Of a DNA stretch of 64,000 bases, positions 49,516-58,815 are shown piece by piece. The DNA is taken from positions 4,000,001 to 4,064,000 of the forward strand of contig OY762069.1 of assembly GCA_963665095.1 (NCBI GenBank), written 5' to 3'. The notes beneath the pieces are model-generated. The model was not told where the DNA came from. It saw nothing but the letters and a program-made list of their open reading frames with translations, and did not search any database. The DNA comes from an uncultured Desulfobacter sp. GTDB lineage: Bacteria > Desulfobacterota > Desulfobacteria > Desulfobacterales > Desulfobacteraceae. How positions within the stretch are numbered: the first letter of the stretch is position 1; each line of letters starts with the position of its first letter. The translations under genes were made by a program, and so were the position numbers.

Positions 49516-49611
49516 ACCGTATCTCTCCCATCAGCAGTCTGGGAATTTCCCGGAGCATACCCCGGGAAATCCATCAATTAAGGCTGTTATTGTTTTATCG
49601 TTATTTTAATT

Positions 49612-50772
49612 TTATCCGGCCATGACCCGGTCCCATTTTTCAGCCCAGTCGATCTGGTGGCTGTTCCAGTAGGCAGGATCGGCAAACAGATATCCGTCCA
49701 GTTTCCCTGTGGGATCAAAGGCAGGCAGTTTTTGTACATCTTCAGGCATTTTAACCTTGGTGGGATCAAGGCTGGGGGGATAACTCTGGCCCTGGGCCAC
49801 AGCAATGGAGGCGGCCGGTTCCAGCATAAAATTGAGCAGCTTCTGGGCTACTTCAAGGTCCGTCCCCTTAAGGACATACATATATTCCATCCAGGAGTAC
49901 GTGCCGTTGGGCGACAGATACCCGATGGGGTGCCCCTGTTTCTGCAGGGCTGCCACCCGGCCGGACCATGCCACGGTGGCATATATTTCACCGTTGCCCA
50001 GCAGGCTCATCAGTTCTGATCCGGATGCCCAGTACTTTTTCATCAATCCTCTTTGTTCCTTCAGGGCATTCCACACAGCACCCTCGTCCTTGATATTGTT
50101 GGGATTCTGACCGGTATGAAGGGCCGCATACCACATATTGGTTCTGAAATCACCACCCCAGGAACCCAGTTTTCCCTTCAGGCTCTTGTCAAACAAAAGG
50201 GAGGCCCCCAGCTTCTCAGCCTTATCCTTTGAAATTTTATCCGTGTTATATGCAATGCCGGTCTGGCCCAGATCAAAGGGCACGGCAGACAGGGTCCCCT
50301 TGGTGATACCCCGTAAGGTTTCCGTCATTTTGGTCATGACGTTTTTCAAATTGGGAATTTTGGATTCATCAAGCACCACCCCAAATCCTAAATCCGTATA
50401 CCTGGCATAATCATACACCGCACTCAAATGGGCAATATTAAATTCTCCGCCAGGCGGATAAGAGGCCTTGACCTGGGTCAGAAAGGCATCCATGCCTGTA
50501 AATGCGGCATCAATCACCTCAATACCACTGGCCTTGGTAAAGGGATCAAAGGCATATTTCCTCAGTGCTTCCGATACCGTGCCACCCCAGGAGTGGCAGG
50601 TGATGGACTTTGAACCGGAAAACACCTGATTCACCATGCCAAAGGGCCCGCCCAGAATACCAAGGGAAGCCCCGGCAATACCCAGTACCTTAACAAAGTC
50701 CCGCCGGGAAATATCTCCGGCCTGATAGCTTTCATGCAATCGATCCAAATTTTCTGCCCATTTGTTTCCCAT
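49612..50772 (-). CDS. ABC substrate-binding protein (PotD/PotF-like) with Tat signal
   Basis: SRRDFVK twin-arginine signal; SWGG; AWSGR; LNFML.P. Confidence 0.88.
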   Translation of the reverse strand: MGNKWAENLDRLHESYQAGDISRRDFVKVLGIAGASLGILGGPFGMVNQVFSGSKSITCHSWGGTVSEALRKYAFDPFTKASGIEVIDAAFTGMDAFLTQVKASYPPGGEFNIAHLSAVYDYARYTDLGFGVVLDESKIPNLKNVMTKMTETLRGITKGTLSAVPFDLGQTGIAYNTDKISKDKAEKLGASLLFDKSLKGKLGSWGGDFRTNMWYAALHTGQNPNNIKDEGAVWNALKEQRGLMKKYWASGSELMSLLGNGEIYATVAWSGRVAALQKQGHPIGYLSPNGTYSWMEYMYVLKGTDLEVAQKLLNFMLEPAASIAVAQGQSYPPSLDPTKVKMPEDVQKLPAFDPTGKLDGYLFADPAYWNSHQIDWAEKWDRVMAG

Positions 50773-50848
50773 CTGGCTCTCCTTTTCTTACAAATTTATA
50801 AATTTTCCCGGAACCGGTTTTTCCGGCCCGGGTGTTGCGTCAATCTAT

Positions 50849-51649
50849 TTATTTACCCCTTCCTTTCGTAAACCGCCGCGTCAGATATCCCGCTAAAAGA
50901 GGGGTGGAGACTGTGAGGACGATCATAACCGTACCAAGGGCGTTGATCTCCGGGCTGATGGAATTTCTCAGCATGCCGAATATTTTAACCGGCACAGTCT
51001 GGTTCTGGGCTGTGGCCCAGAACAGGGTGGCGGTCACATCATCAAATGAAATGGTAAAGGAGAAGAGCATACCGGCAAACACAGCCGGGGCCAGCAGTGG
51101 AAAGGTAATCTCTTTAAACGTCTGGAGTGGGCTTGCCCCCAGGGACATGGCAGCTTCTTCATACTCTTTTTTAATCCCCACCAGCCGCGCCTGGACAATG
51201 AGCAGGACATAGGGCAGGGTCAGCACCACATGGCCGGTGAGGAGCATGGCAAAGCTCTTGGGCTGCTGGAGCCAGCGGATAAACAGCAGCAGGGCCACGC
51301 CCAGCACCACCTCGGGAATCATGATGGGGGCTATGAGCAGGGTGTTTAAAAAATCCTTGCCCTTAAAGTCATACCGGATAAAGGCCATGGCTGCCGGGAC
51401 ACCTATGGCCGTGGTAAAGACAGCAGTGAGAGACCCCAATACCATGGAATTCTTAAATGCGTCCAGAATGGAAGAGTTGTGGGAGAGCTTGACAAACCAT
51501 TTAAAGCTGAACCCCTCCATGGGGAATGATCCGAACTGATGGGGGTTAAATGCCAGGATGACAACAGCCACAATGGGTGCAAACATCCAGATATAAACCA
51601 GAAGCGTATACAGTTTAATCAAAGTCCATCCGGAAAATGCTTTTTTCAT
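50849..51649 (-). CDS. ABC permease (PotC-like)
   Basis: EEAAMSLGA loop; FTISFDD; SPEINA. Confidence 0.92.
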   Translation of the reverse strand: MKKAFSGWTLIKLYTLLVYIWMFAPIVAVVILAFNPHQFGSFPMEGFSFKWFVKLSHNSSILDAFKNSMVLGSLTAVFTTAIGVPAAMAFIRYDFKGKDFLNTLLIAPIMIPEVVLGVALLLFIRWLQQPKSFAMLLTGHVVLTLPYVLLIVQARLVGIKKEYEEAAMSLGASPLQTFKEITFPLLAPAVFAGMLFSFTISFDDVTATLFWATAQNQTVPVKIFGMLRNSISPEINALGTVMIVLTVSTPLLAGYLTRRFTKGRGK

Positions 51650-51699
51650 AATCTGTCCCTGCCTGTCGTTTTAATAATCTTCAAAGTGCCCGACACAGG

Positions 51700-52569
51700 T
51701 TATCCTTCGTTGCTGAGTGTTTTAAATATCTGACTGATGCCCATATACCGGTTATAGGTATAGACAATAATAATCAGCAGGGTTAAAAGGATTGTGCTGA
51801 TGGCAGATCCAAAGGGCCAGTCCAGCGTGCCGATGACCCGCTTGAAAATCAGGTTGGCAATCATTGCATTGCCCGGACCGCCGAGAATCATGGGCGGCAG
51901 ATAGGTACCGCAGGTCAGCACAAATACCAGAAGACAGCCGGCACTGACACCGGGCAGACTTAAGGGCAGAGTGACCTCTTTAAAGGCCTGCCACTCGGTG
52001 CAGCCCAAACTTTTGGCTGCTTCTGCCAGGCTTTTGTCAATGCCGTCCAGACTCACGTAGATATTAAGAATCATGAAGGGCAGAAGATACTGAAGCAGCC
52101 CCATGATCACAGCCCCTTCATTGTAAAGCATGGCCAATGGATGCTCTATCAGACCGATTTTCAGAAGCACATGGTTGATCAGTCCTGAATCCCCAAGGAT
52201 ATTGATCCAGCTAAGTGTCCGGATGATAAAGCTGATCCAGAAAGGCAGCATGACCAGGAGCATCAAAAGAGGTTTGAACCGGGACTCGGTCTTATAAAAG
52301 AAATAGGCCGGGATATATCCCATGACCAGACACAGAAATACAGTCTCCAGCGCCACCCGTATGGTTTTTAAAAGAATGGACGGATAAAAGAAATCGACAA
52401 AAAACTTGGCATAATTGCCCAGTTGAAAGGCCGGAATATCCTGGCCGCTGGGCGCGCGGAGCCAGAAACTGTACACCACCACAAAGCAGACCGGCACCAC
52501 AAGAAGCAGCAGGATGGCCGTTAAGGACGGGGATAATAGCAGCCAGGGCCGCCACGGTTTTTCCTTCAT
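51700..52569 (-). CDS. ABC permease (PotB-like)
   Basis: LPFWISFIIR; LPFMIL; EAAKSLG; WPFGSA. Confidence 0.92.
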   Translation of the reverse strand: MKEKPWRPWLLLSPSLTAILLLLVVPVCFVVVYSFWLRAPSGQDIPAFQLGNYAKFFVDFFYPSILLKTIRVALETVFLCLVMGYIPAYFFYKTESRFKPLLMLLVMLPFWISFIIRTLSWINILGDSGLINHVLLKIGLIEHPLAMLYNEGAVIMGLLQYLLPFMILNIYVSLDGIDKSLAEAAKSLGCTEWQAFKEVTLPLSLPGVSAGCLLVFVLTCGTYLPPMILGGPGNAMIANLIFKRVIGTLDWPFGSAISTILLTLLIIIVYTYNRYMGISQIFKTLSNEG

Positions 52570-52627
52570 AAATTAATTTCCTGAAGTTTATTGCTTGCGT
52601 CATAATTAAATTACAAATTTGATGCAG

Positions 52628-52642
52628 GCAAAATCCGCGCCA
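52628..52642 (-). promoter_or_regulatory. Sigma54 -24/-12 promoter
   Basis: Minus strand TGGCGC-GGATT-TTGC, about 60 nt upstream of the ABC operon start. Confidence 0.85.
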
Positions 52643-52724
52643 CCGTATTTTTTAATTTCAATTATCTGGATTCAAAGGTTTTTTAGATATTTCAAGGTTC
52701 ACACTCTGAAACAGGGAAAGGAAT

Positions 52725-52868
52725 TGATTCACAATAGAATCAAAATGAACAGCCAACCATTTGATATTAAAGACAATCAAGTTTGATTAAATTTTGGATC
52801 AAAAATATTATTTTATAACATGCTTAGTTTATAATATTTTTTGACCTTTTTGATTCAACATCGAATCA
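52725..52868. promoter_or_regulatory. Three palindromic enhancer (UAS)-like sites TGATTC-N6-GAATCA
   Basis: TGATTCACAATAGAATCA 52725-52742; TGATTAAATTTTGGATCA 52784-52801; TGATTCAACATCGAATCA 52851-52868. Confidence 0.75.
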
Positions 52869-54277
52869 AAGGAACTTTTTTTCATAACAATGCCATGTTT
52901 TTTCATCTTCCTGACCACAGAGGCCTGGCTGATATTGAGAAAAGAAGCCGCCTGCCTTGTTGTACGGCATTCTTCAGCAGCCCGGGCCAGCATCTCACAC
53001 TCAACAGCCTCAAGCCGCCTGCCAAGGTCGGTGATCTCTACGCTGCGGGTCGGAGGGGTTGCAGGCATGGGTTTGTCCAGCCCAATCGAATCCAGAATGT
53101 AATCATCCAGAAACCGCTTGTCGCACATCACCACAGCCTGTTTGATGATATTAATCAGTTCCCTGACGTTGCCTGGAAACCTGTGGGACTTAAGCGCCTC
53201 ATAGGCCCTGGAGCCGATATAGGCCCGACGGCTATATCGCTTGTTATACCGTTTAAGACAAATCCCTGTCAGTTCCAGGATATCCTCGGGCCGGTCCCGC
53301 AGCGGTGGTATGGTCAGGGTAAATGTGTTCAGACGATGAAGCAGATCCAGCCGGAATTTTTTTTGAAGGGTTCTGCGCTGAAGGTCCCGGTTGGTTGCCG
53401 CAATAATTGCGCAGTCGATTTTTTTTGTGGCAATGCCGCCGATGGGCATTATTTCATGATCGTCCAGGTACTTGAGCAGCTTTGCCTGGACCCCCGGGGA
53501 CAACTCCCCAATCTCATCCAGAAACAGAGTACCTTGGGAGGCCAGTTCAAAAAGCCCGGTCTTACCTGTCTCCCTGGCACCGGTAAACGCGCCTTTCTCA
53601 TATCCAAACAGTTCCGCCTCTAAAAGATTCTCGGGCAGGGCCGCACAGTTGATCTGGATAAAAGGATGCCTGCTTCGGGGACTGTTTTTATGAATGAACT
53701 TGGCCAGAAGCCCTTTTCCCGTGCCCGACTCTCCCTGGATCAAAATATCCGAGGCACCAATGCCGGCCAGTTTCAGGGCAAGCTCCAGCGTATGTTTCAT
53801 GGACTGACTCCGGGCAACGATAGTATTGTCTTTCAGCTCCATCAGTGCCAGCTCTGCCAGCTCTGCCAGCTTGTCCCGCATCTTTTCAGACTCCTGGCGC
53901 GCCCGGGCCAGCTCTTTTCGCATATCCTCTATCAGGGAGATATCCCGCTCGTTCACCACCACAAATACCAGGTTGCCACAGCTGTCAAAAACGGGCGTCC
54001 CCGTCACAAGAAGCGTATGCCCGGATTTGGGGGTCGTCTGGATCAGGCTGACCTGACGCCGGGTCTCCAGGGCCTCCCAGGTAGCGGACCGATTGAGCTG
54101 TCCCTTGTCCAGAAGAGATTTTACATCTTTTCCGATGACCTCCCCGGCCTTTACACCATTGAGCCGCTCCGCAGCGTGATTCATTTTCAGAATCATTCCA
54201 TTTCCATCACAGAGCATCAAACCGTCTGCGGACCGATCAAAAACAATCTCCGGGTATTCCCGGTGTTCAGGATTCAT
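52829..54277 (-). CDS. Sigma54-dependent transcriptional activator (PAS-AAA+-HTH)
   Basis: N-terminal PAS; GESGTGKG; GAFTGA; LFLDEIGE; FPGNVREL; C-terminal HTH. Confidence 0.95.
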   Translation of the reverse strand: MNPEHREYPEIVFDRSADGLMLCDGNGMILKMNHAAERLNGVKAGEVIGKDVKSLLDKGQLNRSATWEALETRRQVSLIQTTPKSGHTLLVTGTPVFDSCGNLVFVVVNERDISLIEDMRKELARARQESEKMRDKLAELAELALMELKDNTIVARSQSMKHTLELALKLAGIGASDILIQGESGTGKGLLAKFIHKNSPRSRHPFIQINCAALPENLLEAELFGYEKGAFTGARETGKTGLFELASQGTLFLDEIGELSPGVQAKLLKYLDDHEIMPIGGIATKKIDCAIIAATNRDLQRRTLQKKFRLDLLHRLNTFTLTIPPLRDRPEDILELTGICLKRYNKRYSRRAYIGSRAYEALKSHRFPGNVRELINIIKQAVVMCDKRFLDDYILDSIGLDKPMPATPPTRSVEITDLGRRLEAVECEMLARAAEECRTTRQAASFLNISQASVVRKMKKHGIVMKKSSFDSMLNQKGQKIL

Positions 54278-54358
54278 ATATAATTTCCCCTCTAAACAGG
54301 ATCACAATCCTACCTCCTGTCCTGAACCTAAAATTGGGGGGCCGCCCCATGGCCGGCG

Positions 54359-56290
54359 CTATACTGACCGGCCGGCCTCTTCAGCCTCAGCCACACAGAA
54401 CATCAGGTGCCTCGGGGTTTTAGCATCTCCGATCATATGAAACTTGGCCCGGGACTGCTTCTCCAGCTGCCGGGCTTCTCTTACAGGCTGGTGTTTTTCC
54501 GAAATCACCACAGTATCGAATCCCTCAAGGGTTACAGGCTCGCCGTTGCTTGTAAAGCTGACCCCGTCATCTGTAAATGATTTGATTGATACCACTTTAT
54601 ATAAAGTAACCCCGCAGGCCTTTAACCGCTCGCGCAAATAATAGCGGTCATTGGAGGACATTTCCTCGGCAAAACTTCTCTTACGGTTTAAGACCACCAC
54701 CTCTTTGCCCTGATCACCCAGCTTATGGGCGGTAATAAGCCCGGTAAAACCGCCGCCAAGCACAAGCACCCGGTCTCCGGCCGTCTGTGCCCCGGTAAAT
54801 ACATCCACGCTGGTGACAAGCTTCATTCTGGATTTAAACAACCCCTTGATCACGGGCATATCCGGCATGGAACCTGTGGCCAGGATGACATGGTCCGGAT
54901 CAAAACCGAATAGTAATTCCTCAGACAGTGGCGTATTGTAGTCCACAGATATGTTCAGACGTTCCAGTTCATTTCTGAAAAACCTTAAGATATCGCCCAG
55001 CTCGCCCCGACCAGGTGCTGTGGCTGCAAGGGCCAAAAGCCCGCCTTGGTCCCGGCCTTTTTCACAAATTTTAACCTCATGTCCCCGAAGCGCAAACATT
55101 CTTGCTGCAGCAAGCCCTGCGGGACCGGCCCCTGCCACAAGAACTTTCAACGTCGTTTCCGGCATTTTTTCATCCGCCAGCCTGTATTCCCGGCCCACAT
55201 CCGGATTCACCACACAGCCGCCGGGCTCTTTGGCCAGCACGGCATGGATACACCCAAGACAGCACCCCACACAGGGGCGGATCAGGGAGGCATTTCCCGC
55301 TCTGGCTTTGTTGGGATACTCAGGGTCGGCAATCAGAGACCTGCCAAGGGCCACCATATCTGCCTTTCCATCCCTGATAGCGGCGTTGGCCATTTCCGGA
55401 TCCTTAATCCTGCCGACAGTTATTACAGGCACGTTCACCACTTTTTTAACTGCTTCGGCCATATGTATAAAACACCCCTGGGGAGTATACATGGAGGGGA
55501 TGGTCAGTTCCGTGGACCCGTATACCCCGCCGGATACATGGATATACGCGACCCCTGCCTGTTCCAGCAGTGGTGCAATTTCAAGCGTATCCTTAAGTTC
55601 CCAGCCGTTTTCAATGTAATCATTGCCGTTGATGCGGATACCCACAGGGAAATCATCACCTGCTGTTTTCTTCACGGCCTGGATAATGTCAAATAGAAAC
55701 CGGGTCCGGTTCTCAAAGCTGCCGCCGTATTCATCTGTACGAATATTGGAGTTAGGCGCCAGAAACTGGTTAATCAGATATCCATGGGCCCCGTGCAGTT
55801 CAATAAAATCAAACCCTGCCTCCCGGCACCGCCGGGCTGCCTGACCAAAGCAGTCAGAAAGCTCCCTGATCTCCTCAACTTCCAAAGCGCGGACCTCGCC
55901 TTTGACAACGGCAGGTGCCGGGATGGCTGACGGCGCCACCTTTTCAGGGAGATAGGACTGGCGGCCCCCGTGCATGAGCTGAACGCCGAAACATACATCA
56001 TACTCTTTAACCCTGGAAACCATTGCCTTCAAGGCCGGAATACATGAATCCTCATGCATCTGGGGCAGATCCGGCAGTTCCTGACCACTGGGATGAATGC
56101 CACCGCCACCCACAAGCATCATACCCACACCGCCTTTGGCCCGGGCCACAAAATATTGTGTAAGCTGATCGGTGACATGACAATGCTCATCCACGCCAAA
56201 GTTGATACTCATGCCGGACATGAGCAGGCGGTTCTTGACTTCCATGTGTTGAATCCGGATGGGGCTGAAGAGATCTGACAGCATAAGCAC
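54359..56290 (-). CDS. NADH:flavin oxidoreductase (OYE/2,4-dienoyl-CoA reductase-like; FMN, FAD, 4Fe-4S)
   Basis: KNR; QLMHGGRQ; ELHGAHGYL; RTDEYGGS.ENR; CVGCCLGC..C; GAGPAG. Confidence 0.92.
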   Translation of the reverse strand: MLMLSDLFSPIRIQHMEVKNRLLMSGMSINFGVDEHCHVTDQLTQYFVARAKGGVGMMLVGGGGIHPSGQELPDLPQMHEDSCIPALKAMVSRVKEYDVCFGVQLMHGGRQSYLPEKVAPSAIPAPAVVKGEVRALEVEEIRELSDCFGQAARRCREAGFDFIELHGAHGYLINQFLAPNSNIRTDEYGGSFENRTRFLFDIIQAVKKTAGDDFPVGIRINGNDYIENGWELKDTLEIAPLLEQAGVAYIHVSGGVYGSTELTIPSMYTPQGCFIHMAEAVKKVVNVPVITVGRIKDPEMANAAIRDGKADMVALGRSLIADPEYPNKARAGNASLIRPCVGCCLGCIHAVLAKEPGGCVVNPDVGREYRLADEKMPETTLKVLVAGAGPAGLAAARMFALRGHEVKICEKGRDQGGLLALAATAPGRGELGDILRFFRNELERLNISVDYNTPLSEELLFGFDPDHVILATGSMPDMPVIKGLFKSRMKLVTSVDVFTGAQTAGDRVLVLGGGFTGLITAHKLGDQGKEVVVLNRKRSFAEEMSSNDRYYLRERLKACGVTLYKVVSIKSFTDDGVSFTSNGEPVTLEGFDTVVISEKHQPVREARQLEKQSRAKFHMIGDAKTPRHLMFCVAEAEEAGRSV

Positions 56291-56517
56291 ACTCCTGTAT
56301 TTGAAACCGTTATGACCTGACCTTTATTTAATGTCAGACATTTATCCCCAAGACAAGTGCTTTTGTAATCCCTGTTATTCCGGAAAGCCTGTATTTCCGG
56401 AATGCGTCAGAATCAACGTTTGTGTTTGCAAAAATCAGCAGACCAGCATATATAGTATATTTATTGTTAATAAGATGGGTTATCTTTAATACTAACCAAC
56501 AACGTTGAAATGCATCC

Positions 56518-56997
56518 ATGGTCTTTTTTACATCAATTATAATTATTCTTCTTCTTTATTTTTTAGAAGACAAAGGGATACTTTTCGCAACCATTATCGC
56601 CCTGGCCGGAGAAATAATGAACTTGTTGCTTGTCCATCTCCAGACCAGCGCTGTTAAAAAGACAATGGAAGAGAGCCATACAAAACAGATCCAGGACTAT
56701 AAAAGGCGCGTTGAAGATCTGGAGCATGTCCTCCAGGACATGGAAACCCTTCAGGAAAAAAATGTTGAAAAGATATCCAAGGCAAAAAAAAGAATAGAAG
56801 AACTTGAAAATGAAACGACCGGATTAACTGACCAGAAACTTTCCGACCCTGAAAAGACAGCGGTTAACGGCAGAGAAAAAATCACGCCCCCAACTAATGA
56901 ATCCCCCCGACCACAAACACCAGCGCCAAAGGAGAAAAAGCACGATATTTATAATCATCTGCCAAGCGGTTCCAACCGAAAGAAACTGCCTATATAA
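56518..56997 (+). CDS. Hypothetical membrane-anchored coiled-coil protein
   Basis: Two N-terminal hydrophobic segments followed by a charged heptad-rich region. Confidence 0.65.
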   Translation: MVFFTSIIIILLLYFLEDKGILFATIIALAGEIMNLLLVHLQTSAVKKTMEESHTKQIQDYKRRVEDLEHVLQDMETLQEKNVEKISKAKKRIEELENETTGLTDQKLSDPEKTAVNGREKITPPTNESPRPQTPAPKEKKHDIYNHLPSGSNRKKLPI

Positions 56998-57068
56998 CAT
57001 CCTCGCCACCTTGAGAACATCATAATTTGCCGAGGCCGGCTTTATCCGTGTTTGAACGCTTCCAAACA

Positions 57069-57431
57069 CTAATTAGTCAATTTAATTCTAATAATTTCGC
57101 CTTGTTTATTCACATAAGCCACCCCCCGGCCAAGGGGTGTTCCGGAAGAGGAATCAACGATGATGATTTGTTTTTCATCAAGTGCCATCGTTGATAATTT
57201 TTGATCCTGAATTTTCTTTTCTTCAGTGCGGCCTGGCGTAACGCCACCTGTCTGGTTCTGCGCTGCTTTTGTTTTTGGATCTTCTGACTGATCAGCGATG
57301 TGGTAACGCATTTTATTTCTCTCCGCAATCAGTTTGCCAACCCCTGAAAAATCATCTTTTTCATCATTACCGCAGGACACGGTGGTTAACGCAACAATGA
57401 AAATCAGAAGAGACATTGAAAAAAAGCGCAT
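57069..57431 (-). CDS. Hypothetical lipoprotein
   Basis: Lipobox-like TVSC after a hydrophobic signal. Confidence 0.65.
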   Translation of the reverse strand: MRFFSMSLLIFIVALTTVSCGNDEKDDFSGVGKLIAERNKMRYHIADQSEDPKTKAAQNQTGGVTPGRTEEKKIQDQKLSTMALDEKQIIIVDSSSGTPLGRGVAYVNKQGEIIRIKLTN

Positions 57432-57449
57432 TGTTATGCCTTATATCTT

Positions 57450-57773
57450 TTATTGAGCAGCTTCAACAGTAAACCGGCGGTTCAGTCTCATGGTGGAAAA
57501 CAGGCCAAGAATGTCCTGAGCCACATTAATGACCTTTAGCTGACGGTTTGACTGATGAAGGGAGTTATGGGCTGCGATAATGACACCAATACCAACTGAG
57601 TCCACCATATTCACACCGGCTAAATCAATGATCAGATTGCCCTGTGAGGAATTCACCGCAGAAAGCAGTTCTCCCTTGAAGGACTCAGCCATGGAGGCCA
57701 CTACATCTTCACCCGGCTTGATAGTCGTCTGGTCCCCATTGGTAATTATTTCGCTCATTTTGTTCTCCTTCAT
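57450..57773 (-). CDS. STAS-domain anti-sigma factor antagonist
   Basis: LIIDLAGVNMVDSVGIG (phosphorylatable Ser motif); 107 aa. Confidence 0.88.
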   Translation of the reverse strand: MKENKMSEIITNGDQTTIKPGEDVVASMAESFKGELLSAVNSSQGNLIIDLAGVNMVDSVGIGVIIAAHNSLHQSNRQLKVINVAQDILGLFSTMRLNRRFTVEAAQ

Positions 57774-57903
57774 CTTTGGATCAAATAATCTAAGCAGATT
57801 TTTATATTATCTTAAAATGTATTATTGTTCAAATTCAAAATTCATTGACCCCTTCTACTTTCTCCTTGAATTATAGTAAAAAAATGCGTATATAGTGAGA
57901 CTT

Positions 57904-58061
57904 CCCGGCTGATCAAGCCGGGCGGATAGTTCTGATCGGTCGCCTCGTAACAGACGGCCATGAACCTCGTCAGGTCCGGAAGGAAGCAGCGATAAGTGAT
58001 CCCTTCTGTGTCGTGGATCGATCCCGGTCATGCAATTATCCGCCCGACTTGGTCAGTCGGG
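57904..58061 (+). ncRNA. ffs: Signal recognition particle RNA (4.5S)
   Basis: Conserved domain IV TCAGGTCCGGAAGGAAGCAGC at 57970-57990 inside a long closing stem (CCCGGCTGATCAAGCCGGGCGGATAGTT / AATTATCCGCCCGACTTGGTCAGTCGGG) followed by a T-tract. Confidence 0.92.
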
Positions 58062-58188
58062 TTTTTCTTTCTTTACCATTCCTTTTTTATATCTTGACAT
58101 GTTTTCAAACAGACTTATTTTTCAGCCATAATTTATCATTTTATTAACTTTTAACCACTTAAATATCAGGGATTTTGGAGCAAAAACA

Positions 58189-58791
58189 TTGGTACTCAAA
58201 GAGAATAAAATCAAATCTAAGGGGAAGGAAGAAAAAACCGATCCCGAAAACACTCCTGAGACAAACGAGCAAAAAAATTCCAATGAAGGAACCAACGCTG
58301 AGGAGACGGATGATCTAAAGGATCTCAAAAAACAGCTGGAAGGCGAAAAAGACAAGGTTTTAAGACTGTCCGCGGAATTTGAAAATTTTAAGAAGCGCAA
58401 ACAAAGAGAAATTGATGATTTCAAAAAATTTGCCAACGAAACCATTTTCAGACAGCTTCTTTCCGTGGTGGACAACCTTGAACGCGCCATTGAGTCAGCC
58501 CGGGAAAACCCTGACGTGAAAAACCTGCTTGAGGGAGTGGAACTGACACACAAAGAATTCCTCAATCTGTTTGAATCCTTCAACGTCAAACTGGTAGAAG
58601 CGGAAAATCAACCCTTTGACCCCAATTTTCACCAGGCCGTCACCCATGCGGAAAACAATGACGTCCCGGAGAACACCGTTACTACCGTTCTGCAAAAGGG
58701 ATACATGCTTCATGACAGACTGATCAGACCATCCATGGTGGTTGTCTCAAAAAAAACTGCAGAACAGACTGAAGACACTCAAAAAGATTAA
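58189..58791 (+). CDS. grpE: Nucleotide exchange factor GrpE
   Basis: RLSAEFENFKKR, DNLERA, FDPNFHQAV, QKGY.L.DR.IRPSMV; TTG start after GGAG. Confidence 0.95.
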   Translation: MVLKENKIKSKGKEEKTDPENTPETNEQKNSNEGTNAEETDDLKDLKKQLEGEKDKVLRLSAEFENFKKRKQREIDDFKKFANETIFRQLLSVVDNLERAIESARENPDVKNLLEGVELTHKEFLNLFESFNVKLVEAENQPFDPNFHQAVTHAENNDVPENTVTTVLQKGYMLHDRLIRPSMVVVSKKTAEQTEDTQKD

Positions 58792-58815
58792 AAATATTTT
58801 CGAAAGGATATTGTT

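Noticed and set aside
48418..52569. Assigning potABCD (spermidine/putrescine) symbols
   Set aside because: Family is clear but the binding protein is divergent and Tat-exported, so the substrate is not determinable
53845..53871. Short tandem GCCAGCTCT repeat in the EBP gene
   Set aside because: In-frame 9-nt duplication encoding LAELAEL in a coiled-coil linker; no sign of phase variation
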